DNA of 64,000 nt, from assembly GCA_046563655.1 (NCBI GenBank), contig CM102283.1:3658001-3722000 (forward strand), given 5' to 3'. A model generated the notes under the pieces. The model searched no databases and was not told the DNA's origin. It was given only the letters and a program-made list of their open reading frames with translations. A program made the translations under genes and the position numbers. Origin of the DNA: Yuukianura sp. NJ FZ-2021. Taxonomy: Eukaryota. This document shows positions 37,934 through 51,582 of this stretch, in pieces (positions within the stretch are counted from its first letter, which is position 1; the number at the start of each line of letters is the position of its first letter).

Positions 37934-40328
37934 ATGACGACTGTTTGCAAAGTGTACACAAGTGAGACCTACTCGGGCAAAATACTCCAAAACTTCTACG
38001 ATTTATGGAAGACAGAGTCATTTTGTGATTTGGAAATTACTTGTGATGGAGCAACCTTCAATGTAAGTTGACAAATGAAGTTGTAATTGAGGTGAGAAAG
38101 ATGTAATCTGTACTACTTTTGACTTAGGTTCATCGAACAGTACTTGCCTCCAGTAGCAGCTACTTCAGAGCCATGTTCTTGGCAGGGATGAAGGAATCTC
38201 GAACGGAGAAACTGCAACTCCAAAATATTTCGGCCAGTGTATTCTCTACTCTTCTTCATTTCATCTACACTGGACAAGTACTGCTTACGCAAAGCTCTGT
38301 TCAAGAAGTCCTTGTTGCGGCGGACATGCTTGGCCTAGCTGATGTCATTGACTCGTGTACTGAATTTCTCAAATCGGAACTTCATCCATCCAATGCAATT
38401 GGCATTTATCGGTAAGCAAAACTCAACTTTGCTTATGTATGATTCCCTAAGTAAGTTTTGAATTCATTGTTTCAGATTCGCAGATGCACATTCATGTGGA
38501 AGCTTAAAATGGCACTCTCAGGCTCACATTTTTCGGAACTTTCCGCAAATTGTCCAAGAAGAGGAGTTTCTGGACACACCCAAAGACATCCTCCTTCACT
38601 TTCTGGAAAGTGAAAAGCTCAAGGTCGATTCCGAGTATCAAGTAAGTATCAACATTTCATTTGAAAGCTTTTTAATATATTTAAAGTTAAAATCGTATTT
38701 GGTTGGAATGTAGGTTCTGCAGGCAGCTTTAACATGGCTCAGTCACTCAATTTCTCAACGTCGTCAATACGTATTCCAAGTACTGAAGACTATTCGACTC
38801 GCTTTAATTCCTTCGAGACTCCTAGAACACTGTGTGCAACAAATCCAAGATAAATCAATCCAAATTGCTCTAAGAGGCTTACAGAAGGACTTACTTTTAC
38901 GCAGAGGTTCCCTAGTTTGTCTCATTACTCAACCACGCAAAAGGTACTCACTCAACTTTAGATTAAGTTACGCAGTTTTCAAAATTTCATGACGTTTTCT
39001 GTTTTTCCAGCGCTAAAAAGTACATCTACCTTATTGGAGGATCACGAAAGCAGTTGGGACATGGGTGGAAGCAACTGTCCGAAAGCACACTTTCAGCGTG
39101 TGACTGCTTTGATACGTTTCAGTAAGAATTTTCATCTTGTTACATTCATCTTCAAGCAATTTTTGACGAAAAGTAGAAGTTTTTAAGTTTCGTTTTTTAG
39201 AAAAACATGGACGAGCGTTGCACCTATGAACATTGGACGAATTACACCCGGTGTAGCAGTTCTCGGTAAGTAAAGCTACAAATCATGTGTTAATTAGTTT
39301 TCCAACGATTTAGTATCAATTAACTCGCCGAAAGGTTAATTACTTTCTGTATCAATTTTTTAGAAGGACTAATTTATGTCGTCGGTGGAGAGCAAGAGTC
39401 AAAGATCTTAGCAAACGGAGAAGTAAGGATTCAAATTCGGAACAATTTTTGAAAGCGAAAAGAGTTGGATTTGTGTGACTGTGTTGCAGGTTTACAGTCC
39501 ACAAGAGAATACTTGGACCCGAATAGAACCGATGATCATTCCTCGGTGTGCTTTTGGCCTCACGACGTGGGAAAACGAACTGACGAATGAATCTTTCATC
39601 TTTGCATTTGGCGGTTGGGTGGGAGAAGGAATTGGCGGATCAATTGAAAAGTACGATCCTTATAGGAACGAGTGGATCATGATTGGAGAAATGGAAGAAC
39701 CACGGTTCGGAATGGGCTGTTTTACGTACAACGGACTCATCTACTTACTTGGTGGTTGCACTTTGCAAGATAGACAAGTACGTGACCTCTCATCGTACTG
39801 CCCCTTCAGCGGAGAATGGAAAAAGTTGGCTCCGATGAAGACTTCCAGGTTGAATTAGCATAATTTTTATAAATTTTGATCAACCAAGAACGTTTTTGAG
39901 ACGTTTTTTTTTTGTTTCTGCAGGAGTCAAATGGGGTTTGCAATTATGAATTCGTACTTGTACATCATTGGTGGAAGTAGCAAGCAAATGGGAGTGTTGC
40001 GATCAGTGGAGAAATATTCGTTTGAAACTAATCAGTGGACAGACGTGTGTCCACTTAACGTAGGAAGAGCCAACCCCGCGACGACGGCAGCCAATGGGAA
40101 AATATTTTGTATCGGAGGAGACCAATCACATGAAAGCAACTTTTTCAGAGCACAGGCAAGGCTTTTAAGAAAATTGTGAAGTTGGTTGATTTGTTTTTAG
40201 TTGAACCTTGACTCTGTTTTTAGGTGACACTGCCAAATGTAGAAATCTATGATCCACTGACGGATACATGGGAAGAGGCCTACGATCTGCCAGAGTCAAG
40301 GTCCGAAGCAGGAGTGGCTGTCGTTTAA
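37934..40328 (+). CDS. IPP: BTB-BACK-Kelch protein, IPP/KLHL27-like
   Basis: FCDLEI..VHRTVLASSSSYFRAMFLAGMKE; LHPSNAIGI; BACK domain; QPRKSAKKYIYLIGG; Kelch repeats (IYVVGG, IFAFGGW, IYLLGG, LYIIGG, IFCIGG). Confidence 0.85.
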
Positions 40329-41251
40329 GTGCCTTGAAGACTCGCGTTCACAACATGGTCACACCAGCCTCAATTCAACACATTTAGAAAAAACGCTTAA
40401 CAATGTGTTGATTTTCAATACGTCGCCGGTAACGTTAAACCAAAGTTTTTCATCGTCTCATTTCCGATCCGCGTTCCGCAGTTGTGAATTCTGGACTCGA
40501 TTTTTTTTTTAAATTTTAATTTTAACTTTAATTAATAAGGATTTCAAGCTTAAGTTTTGTTGCTACCGCCGCTTTCGAACTGTAATGTCGCCCACCAGTA
40601 ATAAAAGTAGACTAAAGTTTTTATTCCTAGCTTATTAATTTCACAAAGGCATTCTGTTCTGATAACAATTTTGCGTAGGTTTAAATACGAAACGGTGACT
40701 GGAGTAGAATTTTAAAACTTAGATTCCAGAGATTTTAGAACTTTTTTCAAAAAAGAAAAGATATTTATTAAGTCTCTGAATGGAAAAGTTGTAAACGGGG
40801 TAATAAGGTGGAACTTGCCGTAGGTATTTAATCCGCTTTGCACATAAAACTTACAACTTGTATATTCAGCGAACGCTAATTAACATCTCCTGGTTGAAAA
40901 CTAATCCGATTGGTGTTAATTAACTTATTTAATTAACGCTCCTTAACTTATTCACTTATTGATTTAAGTTTTTACTATTGTTCTTACTTTTTGTTGAAGT
41001 AAATCTGCTTTAGGAGACGATTGGAAAAAGTGGCGGGAATTTTGAATTAAAATTTTGATTTTGCACTTACCTTTTTTTTTGGCTGCGCGATACTTTCATT
41101 CATTCTCATTGGTTTCATAATTTTTGATTACCGGAAATTCCAGTATTCTTGACGATTAATCCAACAAATCAATTAGTAATCGGAACCAATTCCTTTCTTG
41201 GTAGTTGGTAGCTTGGTTAAAAATTTGGGATCTGGGAATTACAATTACATC

Positions 41252-41948
41252 ATGGTGCTCCTTGAACATGATTTGGTAAACCAACTGGACATATTGTTGT
41301 CTCATTTTTTACTTAAGTTTAACCACAACATTAATCGATTAATCTAATTTGAAACCTAAAACGATTGATGAGTGTGCTGGTGACTGGTTCCTTTGTTTTC
41401 CTTAGTTTCTTCTGGAGCTGACGAGGCTGTTTCAGAGGTCAAGAACCACGGGAACGGGAAATGTCACAATGACAATGAAAAAATGTAAGACCAGTTGACT
41501 TAAGTACGTAATGGTTATATAATCAGGACGTTACAACTAATGTCCATTGATTTGTTGTTAGATAACGGTACTACGAAGCCTATGCCTAAAACTAATCCCC
41601 GGAAATCCAAAAAAGGAAAAGCCAAGGGCAAGGGAAAGGAGGCTGAAGCGAAACCGAAGGTTGCTCCAGCACAACCAACAAGCCCACCGGAGATGTCTTG
41701 TCTAATCAGAGCTAAACTGCACATGAAGAAGATATCAACACTCGTAAAATAAAATATTACGCAACCTAATTGTTCAAATATTGCGAAATTTAGTAACAGA
41801 CTGACGACATTCATGTTTTTATGTCGTTTAGGTTCATCCCAAAGACGTAACTCGATTCCAAATGGCCTTCTTCAGTCTGCTCAAGGGAAACATGGACGGA
41901 CTCAAGAAGATTAAGAAGACTAAGGCAAAGGCCACCAAGGCCAACTAA
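41252..41948 (+). CDS. SRP14: Signal recognition particle 14 kDa protein
   Basis: MVLLEHDL/FLLELTRLFQRSR...MTMKK/...CLIRAKLHMKKISTL/VHPKDVTRFQMAFFSLLKGNMDGLKK. Confidence 0.93.
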
Positions 41949-42380
41949 ATTCCAAGGGAGAGGGTCAATTAATCACTAATCCTAAGTAATTAAATAATTA
42001 GTTAGGTAGCATGCAAGATTACTTTACACTTTCTGATGTGATTGTTCAGAATTTTATTTATTATTAAGAATTTTTGGTTTTACTACACAAGTCACTCGGG
42101 TTGTTCAACTTTCAAATCTTTTTTGTGAATCTGAGATAAACGTTTACAAAACGTTTGGAGTTCAAAGCTAAAAGTAGTTAAACAATATGTTGACAATGGA
42201 CAGAAACTTCCTGTGAGGGCCACTAGCCTAACAACATTAACATTCTAAGTTTAGGTGATCAGTACCTAATGTGCTGACAGTATAACAAGTACAATGTTGA
42301 ATACTTGACAGTATTCCGATACACAAAAACTATGTAGACAGTTTAAGTTTGTTTTGGTTGCTTAGCAACGACTGTTCTGT

Positions 42381-42706
42381 TCAGTTCCTGAGTCTTGCGT
42401 AGCCTGTGAACGCCACAAAATGGCGGCAAGTGTGAGTCCAGATAGGGCCAACAGACCCCTCCTGCGTTAAGCACTCGTTCGCACACTTCACCAGAGCCTC
42501 ACCCTGAAAAAACACAACGTTTTTCAAAATTGAAATTGATTTTTCAAAATTTTGAAATTGGTGACCTTAAAACAAGAGTCGCAGTTGAAGATGCAGAGGT
42601 CAATGGGGTCAAACTCTTGGTTGGATTGAGGAGGACGACACTCTGCACTCCACACAATCAGCAACAGCACCAGCAACCCAACAAATGAAGTTTCTCGAAC
42701 ACCCAT
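42381..42706 (-). CDS. Eclosion-hormone-like neuropeptide precursor (87 aa, 2 coding exons)
   Basis: Signal peptide MGVRETSFVGLLVLLLIVWSAEC; mature region FDPIDLCIFNCDSCFK/GEALVKCANECLTQEGSVGPIWTHTCRHF with 6 Cys in the C-x3-C-x2-C..C-x3-C..C pattern; exons 42706-42566 and 42503-42381. Confidence 0.7.
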
Positions 42707-44006
42707 GTTCCTAAAATTTCAAAATCGGAATTACTTCTTCAAAAAATTTTAACCTTTTAAACATTACCTAATTTTTCCTTTGCAGTTCAACTTTTCGTTT
42801 TCAGAATGCTGGGAAGCGCTGATGCTTGTGAAGTTGTTCTTTCTGCACTGCTTTCACCATTGACCAAAATTGAAGTGAAAGCGTCTCCTTATAACACCGC
42901 TGCCATCAACTCTCATGACGCCGCCGCGGTTCCAGCCTTTAGGTTAAAACGCACCGTGACTTTCTCCTCCGCAGAACAGCACAGAGTAGCATCTTAACTG
43001 ACTTCATGTACTGCCTAATGACCAATTCAACATGAGAAAGGTCAAAGGGCATCACTGTAAAGGTCAAAGGTCATCAGTTGTACTAATTAAGAACTACCAC
43101 CTTTAAAAATTAAATTCATTTCAAATGTTTCCATCAGAATCCCTGGGATTCCTTCGGAGAAAGTGAAAAGTCATTGAAAGATCACAAATCCATTGTCGTA
43201 ATTAACGAAATCATGAATATGCTTGTTAGTCTTTCAAAATGCTTGCCAACTTTTCAAAGTAAACATCAAAATTTACGCTCCGGTGAAAATTTGATTTTAG
43301 AAAATGAAAAGTTGAAGGTCAAAGGTGAGTTACGAGTAGGAATAAACGAAAAGTAAGTAAAGCCCATTCAGCCGGAAATTAAATTTGACTTGAGTAAATT
43401 ATATTAAATGGAAAGTGTAAATTTTGTAAAGGAGATGAAAAAAGTTCCTGCTAAAAAAATTCAATTATTTTTACAATCCCCTGTGAATTTCCTTTTTCGA
43501 AATTCCATGAAAGCTTTTAATACCGAACACGAAACTTTCACTTTCATTTTTCAGCTGAAATTTCAAAATTCTTCCAACTAATTCTCCTAACTAGGTCTAA
43601 GTATTCCGAAAAAGTTTTCTAATTCAAAGGGAATTTACTAATTCTAAAAAAAAATCATCTCATTTTTCCATTGGCAAAAAAAAAACGTAGCCAGACTCTT
43701 ATTTTTTTTTCATAAATCACAAAAGAAAAAAAAATTGAGCACATAATCTTACTGCAACCTTTTTGTGTTTTTAAATTCAAAAATCAGCGCGGCATGGAGA
43801 TTCCCAAATCAAATGGTCATTAGAAATCAAAAAAGACGCTCCGATTTCCATCTTCTGAGCTGATGAAATCCATTTCTAGAATACAAATTTATTACTTATA
43901 ATGTCAAACAAGTCAAAAGTCTGAACACGAATTTCAAAGTTTCGAAATCAAAATTTCGAAAATTCAAATTGAGGTGGTTAGAAATTAATGGCAGTGGACT
44001 TTGGTT

Positions 44007-47000
44007 CTAGAATCCTGGATCCCACTCACACTTCTGCGTCACTTGGATCATGCGATAGCAAATGAGCGTATCTCCTGGTGCTGGCTCCACCCCTCCATCG
44101 CTGAAAGCAATTCCACACTCTACTCCGTTCTTGATCGAGTCTACTTCGTTCTTCAAATGTCGAATGGAGCTCACTCTCCCTGCAAACAACAAAAGAATAT
44201 TAATCAACTCAACTTCTGACAGGCTTCAAGATATCAAATGCCCATTAAAAATTTCCAACCACATTTCAAATATTTGCTTTTTCCAAAAAACGGATAATGG
44301 CAGTGGTGACCGTGACATGGACAAAAAAGTGTCCAAAACTAAATCCGCCTTGGCATGATTAGCCTCTCGTATCATATTTCAGGATTACGGTATCGCCTTC
44401 CAGAATATTAATTAGTATTCACAATTTCAAATTCTCAGTTTTCTAAAAAAAAACTTTCAAAAGCTCAATGTACTAACTTTTGAATGTAACTGAAACTTTT
44501 GAAAAAGTTCAAAAAATTCCCGCCTCCACAGCCGCAAAGTAGTCAGAAATGAATTCAAATTTTACCGGTATGGATGACTTCGTTCTCTGGACCGCGGATG
44601 AGTTTGAACAAAGAATCTTTGCGCAGGACTCCTTTGGTGCACCGTGACCCCGCCACTGCCACTTTCTTCTTGCCATCCGTCACTTGAAATATTTGGAGCA
44701 CATTTCCAGTTCCTAGCTCCTCCTCCACATCTTTCTTGGGCAGTATGGCTTCAATGTCTTTCTTTAATTCCTCCACCAGACGATAAATCACTTTGCTCTG
44801 TCTGCACTTCAGCCCCACCTGACTACATGTTCTCTGGAGTACTTCTGGAATGGAGACATTGAAGGCATATATGTGAGCTCCGAATAGTTCAGCCAGCTTA
44901 ACATCATTGTCAGTCAAATCTCCTATGCCATAGTGGACCACGTCCAGTCGACACTGCGTGTCACAGTCATAAGAGTCCAAAAGATCCAGAAAAGACTCTA
45001 CAGATCCATCCACGTCTCCTTTCACTAAAATGTAAAGTTTGGGAGTCGGATCCGAATCTTCAATGATTTCTTTCGACCGTGGACCGCGGCGACGACGACG
45101 ACGTTTCAGAAGAAGTCGCTCGGCTAACTGGGCCTTGTAATCCTACAACCACAAAACAAACTTAATAATTTACATAATAAAAATAATAAAAAAATGTAAT
45201 GTAAATAACCTCCTGGCACAAGCAAACAAAGTCACTAATGAATTCCGACCACGCGCGAAGAATTTCCACCAATTCCGCACCGCCAGCGCGAAAGAATTTC
45301 TCAACATTTCGTCACAATTTTTATTCTAAATGACAAATCTTACTTAAAAATAAAACATTTTAGTTTTTTTTTGTATTTTGAAAATAAAATGTCGGAATTT
45401 TATAATTCGTCTTTGGATTGTTCTGGAGAAGTCTTGACTTCCAGCTCCTTCACTTTTTGTTGCAGCGATTTCCAGTACTTTTCAATTTTCTTTGAATGCT
45501 CCGCATAATCTTCTCCCAGCGCTTCATAGTTTTCGCTGATTTTGGCCTGGAAGAATTCGCTGATATCTTCCAGCGTCCGAATCATCTTGGGCAACCAAGT
45601 GGCTGGAGTGACTCCATCGTTCTTCTTGAGCACCAAGCGATCAGCCAGCTCTCGCACAACTTCATCTTTGCTCAATTTCTCAACTTCTTCATCCGTCGCT
45701 GGAATTCCAGCCTCGTTTCTCAGTTGTTTTAGACTCGCTGGAAGATCCTGGATAACTCCGATAGACATTTTTAGTACTTCCACTTCTATCAGCGTCGATA
45801 GACTATGATGTCCATAAGGGTCAAAGGTCGCTCCATATTTCTTGTCCAGCAGGGTGTCCAGTTCAGCCTCTTTTTGCTTCTCTTCAAGTTCCTTCATTTG
45901 CGCCAAAAGTGCGTCTATTTTTGCAACGACTTTTTCACGAATTGAATCTCCCTCGGCTTGTAAATTGGTAAACTTGATTTCCAAATCAGCGATTCCAGCC
46001 ACCACAGATTCTTGCATGAGTTTGAGCTGAGACAAATCGCTGGAATCGCCGAATGATGTTATACTGGCTGAAAACTGTTTGAGTTGAGTTTTGAGAGGTT
46101 TGATGTGATTTTCTAAAAATGGCTTCCATGGATCTTGGTTACTCAAATCTCCAGTTTCTTGGTCCAGATCTTTAAATTTGTTGTAAAGTGCAAGAATTGA
46201 GTCAAAGTGGGATTCAACTGGATCAATATCCACCGTATTCTCGTCTTCAGTTGACACAAATTGAAAAACTAACAGTGTTAAAAATATTTTGAACAACATT
46301 TTCGAAATTTAATACAAAATTAAACTTAGGAAGTGAAAAATTTGACTGAAGTTAAAGTTTTCAAGTTGACTTTTGAAATGAATTTCGTCGACTTTGTAGG
46401 GTAAAAGAAAACTTCACAGCCGATAGAATTTAAAAACCTGTTTTTCCTTATTGCCGATGTTGCGAAAAAAGTTAGCCTCGAGCAAAAAGTTGAAATGCTA
46501 CGTGTGCTTAGCTTTGAAGTGTTAAAAAGTAGCAATTCAGCAGAATTTTGATTTTCATGAGAAAAAATGCTGGCCAATAAAAATTTTCGTAATGAAAGAA
46601 ACTGCTTACCTTGAGATGAGCTTCTGATTTTGCGTTGATTGCTACTAAATCCCCTTCTTGCTTCTCATTGATTCGAAGTGATTCTCGGTATTCCACCACT
46701 TGCTTCGCTTTGTGCTAAAAATTTAGTTAGTAACAGTAACATTCTAAATTCAAAATTTTTCAAAAACTTGGACCTTACTTCAGAGTCAACTTCAAAAATT
46801 CGGTCTCCTGCTGACGGAATTTCTCTCCAACCGATGATTTGAACCGGCATGGACGGGGAAGCTTCTTGCATCGTATCACCAAACTCGTCAAAAATTCCAC
46901 GTACCTAAAATATTTTATGGAAAAAACAGTATAAACATAAAAATTTCGTTAAAAGTGGGGAAAAATTGTTAGTTTTAGTGTTACTTTTGCCCATGCTGTC

Positions 47001-48844
47001 CCAGCTACCAAGATTGCAGACTTCCGAAGTTTCCCACGCTGGATGAGAGCAGTACTTGAATTATATAGAAATAATCAAAAGTTAACCATGATCAAATGAA
47101 TTTGTATTTTAACAGCATGATACGCATGCTTGACCCAGACCCGTTCAATCAATTTTTAGCCTAATACTGACATTTTCCAAAAGTCCTTCTGTAGAAAGTT
47201 AGAAGGTGTGATGGTCTTTTAAAAAAACAATATTTTAGAATTTTTTAAACTTTTCATAAATTAGGAAAATACATTTAACTAAATTCCGGAATTACTTGTC
47301 ACCTGCAACTTTTCTTCAATATAATAGTTAGATTGGTATTTACCTAAGCTTTCCTCGACCAGGATCAATGCTTGATTCAAGTACAACTCCTTCCACGCGT
47401 CCCCGAATTTCACTTTTCAGGTTCAGAAGCTCCGCCTGAAAAAAATATCGTTAAAAATCAGCTCCAAAGCAAAACAATTTAGCTTACCTCCTGCTTATTA
47501 GCGTACCTGCAGCAGAATTGTGTCCAGAAGCAGCGGAATATTTGTTCCTTTGAGGGCCGAAATTGGAACTGCTTGGACATCGCCTCCGAAATCTTCCAGT
47601 TGAATTCCTTCCTGGAGCAACATGCTTTTGGTACGCTCAATATCAGCGTTCGATTTGTCTATTTTGTTAATCGCCACCACAATTGGAACTGTAGAAACAA
47701 AATTTAAAAAACAGCGTTATAAATTATAAACGATTTTTAAAACTGGTGAGTGTCAGAGCTCAAAATCTCAAATGACAACATACCGTTTGCTTCTGTGGCC
47801 ATTCTGATTGACTCTTTCGTTTGTTCCATTACACCGTCATCAGCAGCAACAACCAGAATCACAATGTCAGTCGCCTGTTTACAAAAAAAAAGTATTTGGT
47901 TTGTACAAGTTTCTTGAAATTTTTTCAAATCCTTACTTGAGCACCTCTGTTCCTCAGTGACGAAAAAGCAGCATGGCCCGGAGTGTCAAGGAATGTGACA
48001 TATCGCTTTCCAATTGGAACTGAAATTCATCATTGTTAATTTCGTATAAATTGATTAATTAATGAATTCGTTAGTTAAACGTTTTTACCTCGGAAGGCCC
48101 CGATGTGTTGAGTAATTCCTCCAGCCTCTCCTCCAGCAATGTCCGAATGTCGCAGGAAATCCAGTAAAGTAGTTTTCCCGTGGTCAACGTGACCCATGAT
48201 GGTCACAACGGGCTCTCTGGGAGCAAGGTCAGCTTCTCTCACTGGACTCGGATGGAGGTCAAGGTTTTCAATCTTGGCAGCGCGAGCTGCATCTTGTTTA
48301 CTGTGATCAACTGGTGCTGAAACAACGGTTCTAAATCCACACTTCTTCGCAATGTCACGACTGATGGCCAAATCGTCTATGGCACTCTTAGGAGTGTCGT
48401 ACATGTCAGCATTCTTGACATAAATCATAGCTTCGAATACAGTGTCTACAAAAACATAACAAGTTGAACAATTTAGTAACTTCTTGAAACTGTTAGTTAA
48501 CTGAAACACTTAGTTGATTATTTACCGAGCGGTTTTTTGAGCGAATTGGCCAAGTCCTGTACCGTCATGTTTTTCCAGATAGGGATACACGGTGTGCGAT
48601 TCTTCTTCGGTAGATCTTCCGCTGTAACTACAATCTCCTCTTCTTTCGGCTTCGGTCGTTTGGTCAACGTCGCACTTGTGGATATCCATTTCCTTGTACT
48701 CTTGTAGTATCCTTCTGAATCAAGTCCGGTAATCTGGACAGCCCTGTGACCGTTGAAACACAGTGTACATTTCTTCCGGATCCGAAAATCCTTAGCAACG
48801 GCTATCGTCAGCTGACGAATTACTTGACTGATTTCCGAAATCAT
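44007..48844 (-). CDS. MTIF2: Mitochondrial translation initiation factor IF-2
   Basis: [82 protein letters not shown]; ends WDPGF*. Start codon inferred. Confidence 0.95.
45400..46299 (-). CDS. Intronless secretory-pathway coiled-coil protein with C-terminal KDEL, nested in an MTIF2 intron
   Basis: 299-aa ORF; N-terminal signal peptide [17 protein letters not shown]; helical E/K/L-rich body; ends SKDEL*; AATAAA about 75 nt downstream. Confidence 0.85.
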   Translation of the reverse strand: MLFKIFLTLLVFQFVSTEDENTVDIDPVESHFDSILALYNKFKDLDQETGDLSNQDPWKPFLENHIKPLKTQLKQFSASITSFGDSSDLSQLKLMQESVVAGIADLEIKFTNLQAEGDSIREKVVAKIDALLAQMKELEEKQKEAELDTLLDKKYGATFDPYGHHSLSTLIEVEVLKMSIGVIQDLPASLKQLRNEAGIPATDEEVEKLSKDEVVRELADRLVLKKNDGVTPATWLPKMIRTLEDISEFFQAKISENYEALGEDYAEHSKKIEKYWKSLQQKVKELEVKTSPEQSKDEL

Positions 48845-49194
48845 CTGATCTGGCTATCTTGGCCGGTCGATTCCTCGAAGGTACATTCCCTGCAAAGTGA
48901 AAAATTAATTTAAAATGGATCAAAAGTTAAGTATCAGTGTTTACCTTTTATAAATTGTTTGTTGTTGATTTCAAATTCAAAACATGTGTTTTTGGCTTAC
49001 CCATGCGCAGATAGCTTTCCCTGTATAAGACCAGTGGTCTTAGACCACCCACCTACTGACTGTCACACTGCCACTGTGCCACTTAACACCTCTTACCAGC
49101 TGGTAAACCTGAGTAAAGTAAAGAAGGCGTAATAAAAAGTACTCTAAAATAAGTGTCGTTGCATTAATTAAGTTAGTCTTTTGTAATTAGCAAT

Positions 49195-51582
49195 ATGTTG
49201 GATCTTTTTGCAATTTTTAGCAAAGGGGGCTTAGTCCTTTGGTATTGCCAAGGGTCCAAGGACATCATTCTAACGTCTGTCAATGCCCTGATCCGATCTG
49301 TCATTCTTCAGGTAAGCAAATCAATGTCATACGTTACGTTATTATTGCTGAAGTTAATCGATTAACGTAATTTCAGGAGAGAACTGGAGAGAGTCAGTTT
49401 GAACATGGATCTCTGATGCTGCAGTATAAACTGGACAATGAGTTTGAACTAGTCTTCGTAGCTGGATATCAAAAGGTGTTAAAACTGTCGTACGTTGACA
49501 AGTTCCTGGACGATATTCATCGAGAGATTCGCGATAGGTTTCGCTCTAAACTGTCCGACAAGAGATTCCATGCCGCTGGACTGGACATTGAGGAGCTCTA
49601 TGCTCAAATTCTGGAACAAGCTGAAGTATGGGGCTTTCAAATGTCAAATAAACCTAAGACTATGCGTACCTTTATGGAGTCGGGTAAATCCAAGAAGACG
49701 GTGTCTTCCATGATTGAACGTCCGGGAGACAACAAGAACAAAAAGGCGGTGACCAAGGTTAAGGTCAAAGCGTCGAACGGAGATGTCAATGAAAATGAAG
49801 AACACGAGGTCATGGACGACGGTGACGAAGATGACAAAGACATGGATGTCAAGGAAGCTGGAGATGCTGGTCAGGAAGACTTCGAGTTGCCCAAGATCAT
49901 TCCGAAGGGAATCCAGCGGAAGCCTGGTCCCGGAAAGTTTGCGTAAGTTAACTAAATCATTACTTCATCTTTTAGTTAATTAACTTATAACAATTTATTA
50001 GTTTAATTGTTTCTCCTTTTGTTTTTTAGGAAGAGCCCGAAAGCTAAGACGGTAAAGGCCGAGAAGGAAAAGGGGAAGAAACCAAGAATGTGGGAACTTC
50101 AAGGGTCCCCGAAGGACTTGGCCACTTTGGACCGTACCGTAAAAGATCCAGAAGGAGGCGCACCAGCTACTCAGGAAATCGTTCTGGACCAATCGGTTAG
50201 GATTCCAAATACACTTTCTGACGTTATCCGGAACTTTACGGTATTAATTTTATTTTTTTTTAGATGCGTGGGAAGATGAAGGGGATGATCAAACCGCTTG
50301 AAGTGTCGGAAGAAGAGAAGAAGAAGGAGAGCGGAGTGTTGAATTTGTTCAAAGGGCTCGTCGGCGGAAAAACGTTGACAATTGACGACGTTACGCCGAG
50401 TTTGGAAAAATTGAAGGACCATTTGATTGGAAAAAATGTCGCTTCTGATGTGGCCGTGAAGCTGTGTGAAAGTGTCGCCACGAAACTGAACGGCAAGGTA
50501 AGGATTTTGAAAATTTTTGGAAATTGAAACTTTCAAAATTTTGACAAATGTTGTGTAGGTTCTTGGAACTTTTCAAACTGTGAGTTCAACTGTGCGGAAT
50601 GCACTTGAGGAATCTTTGCTTGCCCTTTTACGACCGAAACGACAAGTGGACGTTTTGCGTGAAGCACTGGAAGCGAAGCGACAAGGACGACCGTTTGTCG
50701 TCACTTTCTGTGGAGTCAACGGTGTTGGAAAATCCACCAATTTGGCAAAGGTTAGAACTTATCAAACATTGTTATAAAGTTCATGAACTTAATTTGTTTA
50801 AACTTTTTCAGATTTGTTTTTGGCTGATTGAAAACGATTTGCGAGTGCTGGTTGCTGCTTGTGACACTTTTCGTGCTGGTGCTGTTGAACAACTGCGAAC
50901 TCACGCAAGACACTTGAATGCCCTTCATCCAGCGAAGAATGGCAAAGTTTGTGTAGAATTGTATGAGAAGGGATACGGAAAAGACGCTGCTGGAGTAGCC
51001 GCTGAAGCGATTTCATATGCCAAAGATGGACGTTTCGATGTCGTTTTGGTCGACACAGCTGGGAGAATGCAAGATAACGAACCGTTGATGAGAGCCTTGG
51101 CTAAAGTAAGGTTTCCCAGACTTTTGGAAAATGACTTTCAAAATTTCGAAATTTTGACATATATAAAATTGGTATTTTTTTTTACAGCTGATCCGTGTCA
51201 ATGACCCGGACTTGGTTCTATTCGTGGGAGAAGCTTTGGTTGGAAACGAAGCTGTTGATCAGCTGGTCAAGTTCAATCGAGCTCTGGCAGATTTCTCGGA
51301 TCAAGCTCATCCACGACTAATTGATGGCATGGTTCTTACCAAGTTCGACACAATTGACGACAAGGTCAGTACAAAGTTTAAGAAAAATACCGTAAATCCT
51401 CGCACTTTCTCCCAGTGTGATTTGGAATTTTTAATGTTGCTTTAATTTTATAAAAGGTGGGAGCTGCCGTGTCCATGGCATACATCACTGGCCAACCAAT
51501 CGTTTTTGTCGGAACGGGACAAACTTACACGGATTTAAGAGCACTGGACAGCAACGCCGTGGTTTCCGCTCTCATGAAATGA
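49195..51582 (+). CDS. SRPRA: Signal recognition particle receptor alpha subunit
   Basis: [88 protein letters not shown]. Confidence 0.97.

Noticed and set aside
41252-51582. Functional SRP gene cluster (SRP14 plus SRPRA)
   Set aside because: Separated by unrelated genes; proximity in a compact genome is plausibly chance without synteny data
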